This document shows, in pieces, positions 36,709 through 49,024 of a DNA stretch of 64,000 nucleotides. The notes under the pieces were generated by a model, which was not told where the DNA came from, ran no database searches, and was given only the letters and a program-made list of their open reading frames with translations. Made by a program: the position numbers and the translations under genes. Each line of letters starts with the position of its first letter. The stretch's first letter is position 1. Source of the stretch: Gnetum montanum (Eukaryota; Plantae; Gnetophyta); assembly GCA_015680685.1 (NCBI GenBank), contig MNCI01002384.1, positions 189,498 through 253,497 of the forward strand, written 5' to 3'.

Positions 36709-39700
36709 ATGGCCACCAAGAATATCCTCTCAATATTGTCTCTTAATGGACCATATAGGGAGATAGAAAGAGAAATCAACCCAGAATCCTTGGATCTAGA
36801 CCCATTCACTTATTCCAATTTAATAGCCTCCACTCAAGAAACGTTAGACTGGCCTAAGAATGTGACTAAGACTTTGGACCTAGAAGCTAATAATATCACT
36901 GAAGATCCTCTAGTTGAAATCCCCATTGCTATAGTCAATGACAAAGCCAGAACATTGAAATTAAGTGCCCTACTAGACTTGCAACTCATAGGTGACATCA
37001 CTCAAGTCTTAAAAGACAACATAAAAATGTTCGCATGATCATACATAGACATGCCAGGATTAGACCCTCAGATCATCCAACATAACATCATTCTCGATGA
37101 AAAAATCAAATTGGTAAAACAAAAAGCACGAAAGGTCAAACCTGAGGTAGCATTAGCCATTCGTGCTGAAATCACAAAACTCTACCATGATGACTTCATC
37201 TGGGCTATTGATTATTCCAATTGGGTATCAAACATTGTTGTAGTCCCTAAGAAGAATGGTAGTATACGCATATGTATTGACTTCCATGACCTTAACAAAG
37301 CCACTATAAAGGATGACTTCCCACTACCTAGCATTGATCAACTTATTGAAACAACTACTAGGCATGCACTATTTTCCTTTATGGGTGGGATTTTAGGGTA
37401 CAACCAAATAAGAATCAATTTGGAACATCAACTCAGAACAACGTTCATGACACCTTGGGGTACATTCTATTATACCATGATGCCATTTGGCCTTTAAAAT
37501 GTAGGAGCTACATATCAACAGGTAATGACATATATATTCAGTGATTACATGCTCAATTTTCTCAATGATTACATGGACAACATCGTAGTTAAATCTAAAA
37601 CAACTAAAAAACATGCAAAAGATCTAGACCTAGTGCTTAAACGTTGTCTCAAATATGACCTTAGACTCAATCCAAAGAAATATGTCTTTGGCGTTAAAAT
37701 GGGAAAAATGCTTGGTTTCGTAGTCTCTAAAATGGGAATATGGGTAGATCTTGATAAGGTTAAGGCAATTACTAATATGCAACCACCAAAAAACCTTACC
37801 AAGTTATGTGGTCTTCAGGGTAGGTTGCAATTTATTAGATGCTTTATTGAAAAATTGATAGATAAGTTGAGACCTATGCAACACCTATTACAAAAAAATG
37901 TGCATTTCCAATGGACCCAACAATGTCAGGAAGCATTCGAGAACGTAAAACAAGAGCTAATTCAACTACCGACTATCTATTCCCTGCAAAGCAATAAACA
38001 CTTTTATATCTACCTTGCAACTTCTGATACTTCTATTGCATCAATGCTTTGTCAAAAATGTCAAGATGGAGCCAAGATCCCCATATATTACCTAAGACAT
38101 GCTTTAATTGCTTATGAACAATGATACAATGACGTGGAAAAATCATGCCTTGCCCTTGTTTTCACCTTGAAGAATTGGCGGCATTATCTCTTCCGCAATC
38201 AAGTTTACATCATTTGCAAAGATAACGTACTCTGCGCTATCACCAATAATATCTATGAGTCAAGTAGGATAGCTAGGTGGAAAGAAATGATTGCAAAATT
38301 TGACTTACACCATGTTGCTCAATCCTCCAAAAAAGGTCAAGCGATAGTCACACAATTAGCCATTTCGTCAATGCATGATCAGACAATAGTTAAACACAAA
38401 TTCCCTGATGAAAATGTTAATATTATAGATGTCGTACCTGACAACTACAAAGCAATCCTCTATTTCGATGGAGCTTCAACCTCCCAGGGAGTAAGTGCTA
38501 CGGCCATTTTAACATACCCCTTTGTAGAAATCCAACCCTTAACTTACCGATTAACCTTTCCTTGCACCAATAACGTGGCAGAGTACGAAGATCTTGTTCA
38601 AGGTCTTCAAGCAGTGTTAACATCAGAGATCTCACGTCTTGTAATTCAAGGTGATTCACAACTAGTTATTAACCAAGTCACTGAGGTTTATGCATGTAAG
38701 ACTCTTCATTTGCAACCATATTGTAATTTGACCAAACATCTGTTGAGGCAACTAGTAGAAAAGGATATACAACATGTCCCTAGAAGTGAAAACACCATTG
38801 CTGATGCACTTGCCACACTAGCCTTACACATGACACCCAAAATGTTCCATGCATTGCCAAGCTCTATAACAAGTTGTGCTAAACCTATAATTAACACACA
38901 TGAAGAAATGCCTATAGCATCCGTTAGTACAACACACGCAATAGAATGGTACGATGACATAAAAGAGTACCTTCTAAGAGGTGAACCACCACAACACTTG
39001 ACAAATGCTCAAAAGGACATTGTGCAAAAACGCTCCTGACAATATGCATTAATAGAAGACACCTTGTGTTGTAGATCCTACAAAGGCATTCTGTTGATGT
39101 GTGTTAGTGGCGTCAACAGTCAAACAATTGTAGAAGAAGTCCACAAAGGACTTTGTGGAGGACACATTACACCTAAAGAAATGGCAACAAAGATTAGGCA
39201 CTTAGGCTACTATTGGCCACACATGGAGTATGATTGCATCTCCATGGTTAGAACATGTGACATCTGCCAAAAGCATGGTAATTTAATACACATGCCACCT
39301 AACAAATTGCATACAACACAAATCACATGGCCATTCCAAAAATGGGGTTTAGACTTAATTGGACAGATAACACCATCATCCTCTACGAGACATAGCTTTT
39401 TTATCATCGCAACTGAATATTTCAAAAAATGGGTAGAAGCTATTCCCCTTAGGGAGACCACTTCAAAACACAGTTGCACTTTCATACTAGAAAATATCAT
39501 GACCAGTTTTGGTATTCCAATGACCATCGTTACCGATAATGGGCCACAGTTCAACAGTGTAGATACTAAAGGCTTCTATGAAAGTCTAGGAATTAAACAT
39601 GCATTTTCATCACCTTAGTACCCATAGAGAAATGGTCAAGCGGAGGCTACAAACAAAACTATCATCACTATGCTCAAAAAGATGCTAAATCAGAGCAAGA

Positions 39701-40185
39701 AATGATGGCATGAACAGTTAGTCTCCACATTGTGGGCATACAGAATGACACATCGAACATCCATAGGTAAAACTCCATAGAGTCTTGTGTACAGGTATGA
39801 AGCTGTTTTACCTTTAGAGTTGTAGGTTCCCTTGTTGTGGATAGCTCTCTCCAACCTCCTTGATGAAAGTCAAAACAATGAACTATCCATTGCTAACCTT
39901 AACTCGGTAGAGGAGGAACATGTGCAAATGCTTGATCAAATTGAGTGGTACTAGAATCAACAGTGGCAACAACACAAACACGATCTGCACAAGCATCCCA
40001 TTAAAGAAGGAGACTTAGTCCTTAAGGCCGTCTGTGAACATCCAGAAAAATTCTTAGCTAACTGGGAAGGACCTTACTTAGTCACCAAGGCATACAATAA
40101 TGAAGCATTCAAACTTGTTGTTATGAATGGGAACGAGTTTGCTAATGCTACAAATCACTTGTACCTGAAATGGTACTATGTCTGA
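36709..40185 (+). pseudogene. pol: pol of element C: RT-RH-aRH-INT
   Basis: MPGLDPQII, NDYMDNIV, ILYFDGAS..TNNVAEYE..GDSQLVINQV, HKGLCGGH..CDIC, WGLDLIG, DNGPQF. Confidence 0.95.
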
Positions 40186-40199
40186 TAAACTTGAGGTAT

Positions 40200-40535
40200 G
40201 TCACAATCTTGGAATCATGACTTAAAACTAATACCATAGAAAATTTTTGGAATCATGACTTAAAACTAATACCACAGAAAATTTCTGGCATCATGACTTA
40301 AAATTGATACCATAGATCTCTTTCCGGTATGATGTTAAACTACCACATGTGTCTTCCATGACATGAAACTAGCACCCAGAGTCCACTAAGACTATAAACT
40401 AGTTTGCCTCTTCACAGTCCACTATGACTATAAACTAGCAATGCACCATCTGCTACGATGCTAAAACTAGCGCTATCCAAAGGGTTATGATGTAAAACTA
40501 ATCCAAAATAGTCTGCTAAGACTATCAACTGGCAA
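40200..40535 (+). repeat. GACNTAAAACTRG repeat cluster after the pol stop of C
   Basis: Homologous to 29290-29710. Confidence 0.8.
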
Positions 40536-41721
40536 CATCATAGACAACTAGGCAAATTTTGAAAAGATATGTTACTGCAATTGGATGTACATGCTCCACA
40601 AAGACTTGCTGCATGATTCGTCTCATAGACACTAATGAAGCTGATGTTGTTCATGATTCTATCTTCTTTGAAAATTGCATGTGTTGGCTCCATTTCCTTA
40701 TTTAAAGTTCTTAGTTAACTTTTTCATTTGTATTTTTCTTGTCTTCTTAGATTTGTGTTTGCAGGATAACACTCTTGAGGCATTCGTACATTGATGCATT
40801 TCATCATGACAACAAGGTATCATATTCTTCATAATGCACATAACTAGGTTAGTCAATCTGTTCATAAGTACATTCCCAATTTCTAATGCATCCCCTATTT
40901 CCCCATCATGTCCCAATTATCCTATTCAATTACACCCCTAGATACATTCCACTCATTTCAAAACTCTTGATACACTCTTGCAAACTATGATCTCCAAATA
41001 GTTGCAATGCAAAATACAGTACATAGTACATGATGCAAAATGCAAGCACTCAAACAAGAGCATGGCACAAAAAGTAAGCTCTTTCAAAAAGATCGAGAAA
41101 AGAAAAATAAAAGAATAGGAAAGAAAAAAAGAAAACAAAAAAAGAAGAAGAAGAAGAAACAAACAAGAACACAAAAAAGAAAAAAAACAAAAAGGTCAAA
41201 GAGCAAAATGCATGGAAAAGGTCTTCATGACCCCATTGACATCATAAACAAAAGACTGTTGGCTATTCTCATATAAGCCCTAGGCGAGAAGGAAATTATC
41301 TTGGAAAATAGTTACACTCATGTCTCAAAGAGACCATGTTGTGCATTATCGTGTGGCTTCGACTATTTACAATGGGCCCCATAAACACCACATAAGAGTC
41401 CTATTTCTCCAAAGAATGCACCTCCTATGTCTTGGCTTCGAGTTTGCTAAACATTGGCTACTAACAAGGAACAAGGATGTAGCTCATTTGCATGACAGCA
41501 TTCCTCTCCCATAATTCCAATAGCAATTATAATCCTTGACCAACTCCTCATTTTTCCTAGTTATAACCAATCCCCTTGTATCTTGAACTGCACTTCCCCA
41601 ATCCCATGTACTTTTGAACATGGTGCAATGATCCCCAATCACGGGCTGATAGATAATGCTTGGTACTTGTTTGTTCATGGTGTTTTGTACTTCTTTGTTA
41701 ATACCTCTTGGATTATGCCAA

Positions 41722-43662
41722 TGAAACACCACCAATTTCTACCTAACACTTTGAGCCAGAACGACTCACACTTGAGCTTTCGAAGGAAAAATTTGGGATA
41801 ACACATGATGGCTTGTCCTAGAAACTCATGCTAGTTTTCAATTTTCTCAGTCACGCTATAGTCACACTGAGGTCATGCTAGCAGCATGAGTACAGTGTGA
41901 CTAAACTTAGATAGTCCCAAAACCAAGTAAGAATGATTTGGTTTCCATGATGTAAACCATCCTCAGCCACTGATGTCCACTCCAAGTCTCAGCAAGAATT
42001 CAGAAATTCAAATTTTAAGTCAAATGGTGTAAATTTCTCTCAATCACATTGTAGTCATGTTGAGGTCATGTTGGTAATGTATGTACAGGGTGATTGACTC
42101 TCACAGACCCAAAATTGAATCAAAGCGACGAGACTTCCAAAGTACAAGTTATCCTTAGAGCACATCCTTGACAGCTTCCAATCCCAACTTCCGGAATGCC
42201 AGATTTCAGTTGAAAATTGTAAGTTTTTGCAAATATTTCACAAGTCATGCTGCATGTCATGTTGCAGCGTGACTGCAGTGTGACATACTCAAAGTGGTTC
42301 CAGAAAAGTCACATCTAGGCTCAAATTCCAGATTTCAGGTCATTCTCAGGATCAACTATAGCCAGATAGCAGTTGCACTCAAGAATCAAGCTTCAAAATC
42401 ACAATTTCAAATGAAATACATCATTTTGAGTCATGTCATGCTATGGTCATGCTGCAGCATGACTCCAGCATGACCTACCATAAATATCTTGAAACAAGGC
42501 ACTATCAAGCAATCCTTGCACTTCGAGAATCAAGCTCCAAAATTCCAAAATTTGGTGAAAAATTACAAATTTTTGTTCACTCATGCTGAGGTCACACTGC
42601 AGCGTGTGTAGCATGAGTGTAGTGTGAGTGTCACATGCACATGCCCAAGTCACACTCAGATGAAATTAACTCACCTTGGAAATTCTTGTCAAGCAAAAAC
42701 ACTTCAAACAACAATGGAACCACTCGAATTGACATCCTACAACAATGAAGTTAGAAATCCAGAAGTTTCAAGTGAGCCAGAGTCAATTTCTCTTGTTGTA
42801 CATTGTAAATTTTCATCATTTGCTACCTTGATAAGCTCTTACACTCTGAATTGCATGTGCTTCCATGAGCATAAGCTAGCTTTGACAAGTTGTCACATGT
42901 TGTAAGCTAGCTTGGGCAAGTTTTCACATGTTGTAAGATACAATGCACCTAGTCCAAAGCGTAACTTGCTGACACATATCCAACTCACACACAGCTATCC
43001 ATTGGACACATGTCGCTAGATCCACTTTCCTCTCATCCCCCAGCCATTGATTCCATTCTTGAATTTTTCACCCAAGCCTGGCCCAGCCCTATAAATACCC
43101 TATTGATTCACATAAATGTGGGTTGGCAATTTTGGCCATTAGCAATTCTGAGAACATACAGCTTAGGAAATTCTAACCAGAAATCCTTGGGCGCTTAGCA
43201 CACTTGACTCCTATTATCCAAGAACTTCTGAAACACATCACATCACATCACCCTGGGGCTTGGCACTTGACCTACCATCAACACGTGCAGCTACGCTTTG
43301 ACCGGTGCACATCATTTCTAAGCAATACAATACAGTTCATTTTGCTAGCCATTATTCTGTTTACTCTGTTTTACATTCAATTTATGTTTCATTTACAATA
43401 CCAGTCCTGCATGTGTTTCTATTTACATTTCATACTTGCTATTTACATTTTAAAACATCAGTTAAGATAATCCCAGTGCAATCCATAGTTTATGCTTGGG
43501 GAAGTCCTTGGTTGATTTGCATGCAGACCATCCAAGGCACTCTACCTTCGTTTACTTTTCCATCTTGCCCTTGGACGAAGGTAGGGTTAGCTGTGCCTAC
43601 CCAACAATCTTTCAGTGTTTGTTTTCCCTTTCAACCTTACACTGATGATTTAGGTCAGTACA
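41722..43662 (+). repeat. 3' LTR of element C
   Basis: TGAAACACC...GGTCAGTACA; TATAAATA at 43090; followed by the TSD. Confidence 0.93.
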
Positions 43663-44241
43663 GTGCACATATGCACTTCATCATGACGACAAGGTATCAC
43701 ATTCTTCCTGACGCATGCAACTGGGTTAATCAATCTATTCATAAGTACATTCCCAACTCCTGATACATTCCCTATTCCCCATCATGTTCCCCTTATCCTA
43801 TTCAATTACACTTCCTTAATACATTCTATTCACCCCAAACATCTTGATACACTGTTGCACACTGTGTTTCTCTAAGTAGTTGCAACGAAAAACACAGTAC
43901 ACGATACATGATACAAATGCAAACGCATGAGCACGAGTATAGCACTACAAGAAAGCTCTTCCAAAAAGAATATAACAAAAGAAAAAATAAAAATAAAAGA
44001 AAATAAAAATAAACAAAATGAAGAAAAGAACAAAAATTTCAAAGAGCAAAATGCATGGAAAAGGTCTTCATGACCCCGTGAACATCATAGACAAAAGACC
44101 ATTGGCTCTTCTCATACAAGCTCTAGGCGAGAAGGCAATCATCCTAGAAAGACAGTTACACTTGTGTCTCAAAAGATCATGTTTCGATTTTTGATAAACA
44201 AAGGCCCTATGGGATTCTCATTGGCCACCAAGAATTCTACA

Positions 44242-45841
44242 ATGGCGGTAGCAGCAGCAACGGCGGCAATGGCAGCAGCAGCAGCGACAGCGCCGACAGT
44301 AACGGCTACGCCGGCCGTGACGGCTGCGTTGGCCACGGCGGAGACGGTCGCCGCGATGGCCACGACTATGGCGGTTGCAGGCACGGCAGTGCCTGCGGCG
44401 GCCGCAACTGCGGCCGCCACTCAGGCGGCTGCGATGGGTGGCGCTGGGCCCCCCACGGGTTCGGATGAGGGGACTCTGGAGTCGGGTGCTGGCGCGACCG
44501 CGGTTTCCCCGACGCCCACTGCTCCGCGTGGGGCCATCGAGGCCCACTCCTGTTCCAACCACACCCTGCGCCTTTGCATCCGTACCCCCCCCACAGACGG
44601 TGTGTGCACCATGGAACGGAGCCTCATTGGTCTGTTCGTCTCCAGGGGGATCCGCCCCCGTTTAGACCTAATTCGGCGCTGGGTCAGGGAGCAGTGGAAG
44701 CTGGAGGGCGTGACCGTCCAGAGCCTCTCGGAGGACCTGCTTCTCTTTGTCCTCCCCTCCCTGCAGGCCCGCGACTCCGTCCTTCTCGATGGACCTTGGT
44801 TCTATGGGGCCCAGGGTCTCGCACTGACCCCCTGGCACCCCGGGGCACACAGAGAGCCCGATTTATTCACCCGCGCCCCCATTTGGATCCGGGTGGCCGG
44901 TATCCCGTGGGAGTTATGGGGCCTTGAGTTTCTGCGGGAGGTGGCGGGACATTTCGGCAAGTTCATCGCCTTCAACTAGGTCACGCGGTCGCTGGACAGG
45001 TTGGGATATGCCCGCTTCTGTGTTTGGCGTAGCCTGGCCGAGAACGACCTGGTCCGGGAGGTCATTTTGGAGCTTCCGGGGGGGAGGAATCCCTCCAAGT
45101 TACCTACGAAAACCTGGACGTTGAGGACCTATCTGTGCGCAGCCCGCCCCCCCGCACGGCCAAGCCGGGGGGTGCGGTTGTTGTGGTAAGCCGGGCCACC
45201 TTGCGGCAGACTGTCGCTTTCACAAGGCCCGCTCGACTAATCCTACCCGCCAACTCTTCGAGGAGGGCAACTGGGTCACCATGGCCCGTAAGGGGCATCT
45301 GCGGCCCCCGCCCTACCACTCACCTCCCCCCCNNNNNNNNNNNNNNNNNNNNNNNNNNNNNNNNNNNNNNNNNNNNNNNNNNNNNNNNNNNNNNNNNNNN
45401 NNNNNNNNNNNNNNNNNNNNNNNNNNNNNNNNNNNNNNNNNNNNNNNNNNNNNNNNNNNNNNNNNNNNNNNNNNNNNNNNNCACTACTCCCCCGCATTCC
45501 CTCTCCCCCGATACCATCTACGGGTCCCCCGTCTAGTCACCTCATCGATCCCAATCCCCGACCCCTACCCCCCATCCCCATCCCCCGAGCCATGACCAGT
45601 GCCCCCCCTGGGGGAATGGGTCAACGTAGTTCGACAGAGTACCAGGACCCGACAGTGCAATGCGCCGCCATCCCCCGCTAGGGAGACCGGTTGCACCCCC
45701 GTGGTCCATGAGGGGGTGGGTCGCCCAGGCCGCTCGACCGCGTCCCGATCCAGAGGACGGCAAGCCCAGTGTCACATCGATTTGGGTCAACAACAGACTT
45801 TGCGGGAGTTCTACCAGCGCCACCCCTCTGGTTTCACATGA
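44242..45841 (+). pseudogene. LINE ORF1 (DUF4283-like RNA-binding region + CX2CX4HX4C knuckle)
   Basis: SLIG...W...GPWF...L.PW, PIWIRV.GIP.ELW, YARFCV, CGCCGKPGHLAADC; contains a stop, a frameshift and an N gap. Confidence 0.85.
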
Positions 45842-48800
45842 AGATTCTCAGTTGGAATTGCAGGGGGCAGGGTACCCCCTATAAACGAAATACCCTGCGC
45901 AATATTGTCCAAGAGGAAACGTGTGACGTGGTCTATCTCCAGGAAACCAAGCTGCAGGCTACGGAGTCCAGTCACCTCTAGTGGACGGACTGGACCACGT
46001 ACCTGCACCCCTGCCAGGGCTGGGCCGGCGGCCTGGCTATTCTTGCTCGGCCGGCATCTAGTCTGGTGGATGCCTCCCCATGGACCATCACGATTCACTT
46101 CCATACCCATGGATTTTGGCTGACAAATTTCTATGGGGCGTAGGCATGGGAGCTACGGCTCCAGGAGCTGAATCGGGTGGCCTCGCTGGTGCCGGACCAC
46201 AGCTCCTGGGTGGTTGTTGGCGACTTCAATCAGTGGTTGTACCCCTGGGAGAAATCTGGGGGGGCCGCCCCCCCCTCTGGGTGCGCCTGATTTCATGGAG
46301 TTCCTGGAGCTCTCGTCTCTTGTTGATTTTCCCATTGCGAACTGTCGTTTTACTTGGTGTAACCGGTGGCGAGGGGTGCACCGGGTTCTCACCCGTATCG
46401 ATCGGATGTGTGTGAGTTCTGCTCTGCTCCTTAACGCCACCATCACCGTGACTGGGCAGGAGAGGGCTGCTTCTGACCACCGCTCGCTCGTGGTGTCTAT
46501 TGGCTCGTCCCTGCCCTGGGCCCCACGCCCCTTTCGGTTCGAACCTTCGTGGTTGGCCAAGCCGTGGCTTCGCCCGCTGGTGGAAAATGTCTGGGCCGAC
46601 TACCGACCGGGTCGGGTGGACCCCCGGACCTTCCTCAAGGAGGCCCTTCATCGGCTCAAGTGTGCCATCTGGGCTCTCCTGGTGGGGGAGAAGTTTTCGT
46701 TTCGAGCGAGCCACAAGCTGGCTCGGGCGCAGCTCGGTCGCATCCAGGCGCGACAAGAGAATGGGGAGGACCTGCACACGGAAGAGATGTGCCTCCTTCG
46801 CCAACTCCAGAGTCTCGACAGCGAGGAGGAGCTCTATTGGCGGCAGCGGTCTCGGGTTCGGTGGCTTCGCGAGGGGGACCGGCATACGAAGTTCTTCTTC
46901 GCCATGGCCAAAACCCGGGGCGATACCCACATTTGCAACCTCCGCTCCTAGGCTGGGGTGGTGGTTACTGATCCACAGGGGATCGCAGACAAGCTCTGTG
47001 GCTATTGGGGGCAGATTTGGGCCAAGCGCACCACCCGGCCCATCTCGGTCCCTGTGGCGAAGGTGCTCACGGCCGCGTACAATCTGCGCCTTCTGGCTCC
47101 CTTCTCCATGACCGAACTGACCACCACCATCAACAACATGCCCGGCGGTAAAGCGCCGGGCCCGGACGGTTGGTCCCAGGAGTTCTTCAAAGCTTTTTTG
47201 GACATTGTGGGCCCCAATCTCCTGGATGCTTTTAACGTCATGCTGGCTAGATGGCAAGTGCGGCGCGAGCTCAATTGCGCCCGCATCATCTGCATCCCCA
47301 AGCAGCTGAACGCACACCGCCCAGAGCACTTTCGCCCTATTGGTGTGTGCAATGTCCTCATCCGCATTTTCTCCAAACTCCTGGTCAACCGCCTTGGCCC
47401 CCTCCTACCTAGGTTGGTTGGCCACAATCAGGTGTGTTTCGTCCCGGGTAGGACCCTCCAGGACCAGGTCCTTCTTATGCAGGAGGTCATTCACTCCCTC
47501 TGCACCACGGGATTTCCGGGACTATGTCTCAAGCTGGATATCACGAAGTCATACGACACGCTTAGTTGGACGGCTCTTCGTGATATCATGCATAGGAAAG
47601 GTTTCGACCCTGGTTTTATCCGGCTGTGTGTGCATCTCCAGTCATCCGCCGGATTCTCTTTTGACGTGGGGGGGCGGCTCTGGGGGTTCTCCTCCCCTGG
47701 TCGAGGCCTGCGGCAGGGTGACCCCCTGTCTCCTTTGCTTTTCATCATCGCCATGGACCTCATGCAGTCCTATTGTTGCGCCTTGGGGGTGGAGGGCCTT
47801 GACATTGCAGGGGTGGCTCGCCGCGTTGAGCATTACGCGGATGACACCATGCTTCTTTGCCGGGCGGCGGTCCCGCAGGCCCAGTGTATCATCCTGGCCC
47901 TATCCCGATTGGCCACCGAGTTAGGCCTAGAAATCAACCGCACCAAGTCAACGACACACTTCATTAATGTGGACCCACAGGTGCAGCTCTGGGTGACCCA
48001 AACTCTGGATGTGCAACCGGGGAAGCACACCGACACTTACCTGGGCGTCCCGCTGTTCCAGTGGGGGCGGAACAATTCTTGGACCCCCCTCCTAGCCAAG
48101 CTTGAGCACCGCGTCAATCACTGGGCCAACCATTTCCTCATGCGCAAAGGCTGTCTCCTCGTGGCCACTGGGATCCTGGCGGCAACCACGCGCTTTGTGG
48201 CGAGGGTCGCCGTGCCCCCCGCGGCCATCATTCACCAGATCAACGCCCGGATTCGCGGTTTCCTATGGCGGGGGGGGGGCAAAGGGGGGAGCAAAATCCA
48301 CTTTGTCAATTGGCACTGCGCAGCCCGTCCTCGTACGGTAGGGGGGTTGGGGGTCACGACGTTCGAGGACGAGTGTGCGATGGGGCAGCAGCGGCTGGTC
48401 TGTCGGCTCACTCAGGCTCGGGGGGAGTGCAGTCAGTGGGGCCGTATCGTTCACCGAAAGTACACGCCCTGGGTCTCTGGGTCGCATGTCTCGAGGCCTT
48501 GGTCGACTCTCTGCCAGCACGTGCGGTGGATGCTGGACAGGAACTGGCTCCACCTCGAGCCACACGTCCTTTTGGCCCATAAATACCCTCCTAAAGATGG
48601 TTGGATGGCAGTTTGGCGCGGGCAGCTCCCTGAAAAAGTAAAAATCTTTCTTTGGCTACTTAAATCCGCTGCGCTCCTCGTACGTGTGTTCCTGCAGCAG
48701 CGCAGCGTCTTGCAGGACCCNATAAATCCGCTGCGCTCCCCGTACGTGTGTTCCTGCAGCAGCGCAGCGTCTTGCAGGACCCCACGTGTCCACGTTGTGG

Positions 48801-49020
48801 CCTCGACCCGGAGACTCTTAACCACTTCATTTATGACTTCCCCTGCATGCGTGCCACTTGGCACGCATGTAGAAGACCCCCTCCGCGGTGATTCTTGGGC
48901 GGCGCTTTTACTTTGGCTCACCTGGAAGGCGCAGAACCGCACCGTGTTCTCTCAGGCAGCTACCCCCTCCCCCCAGCAACTTATCCAGCAGACGTGCTGG
49001 GCTTGGTGTGAGACGGTGGC
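45838..49020 (+). pseudogene. LINE ORF2 core: APE endonuclease - reverse transcriptase - zf-RVT
   Basis: MKILSWNCRG, LQETK, VGDFN, SDH, FRFEPSW, KAPGPDG, FRPI, GLRQGDPLSP, YADD, YLGVP, CPRC..PET..H, WLTWKAQN. Confidence 0.95.
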
Positions 49021-49024
49021 CGCG

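Larger units (their letters stand above)
29972..43662 (+). mobile_element. Tat-clade LTR retrotransposon 'C', two LTRs, internally deleted, nested in B
   Basis: LTRs at both ends; 5-bp TSD ATGCA (29967-29971) / GTGCA (43663-43667); the B 3' UTR is continuous across the insertion. Confidence 0.92.

Noticed and set aside
40953-41276. Lys-rich and Phe/Leu-rich short ORFs
   Set aside because: Translations of A-rich low-complexity UTR sequence.
44186-44241. LINE 5' end shares TGGCCACCAAGAAT with the pol start of B and C
   Set aside because: Only 14 bp with no extension; chance or untestable filler DNA.
48661-48782. ~60-bp duplication in the LINE zf-RVT region
   Set aside because: Single-n join. 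It also distorts the 812-aa ORF frame, so that ORF is not literally continuous.
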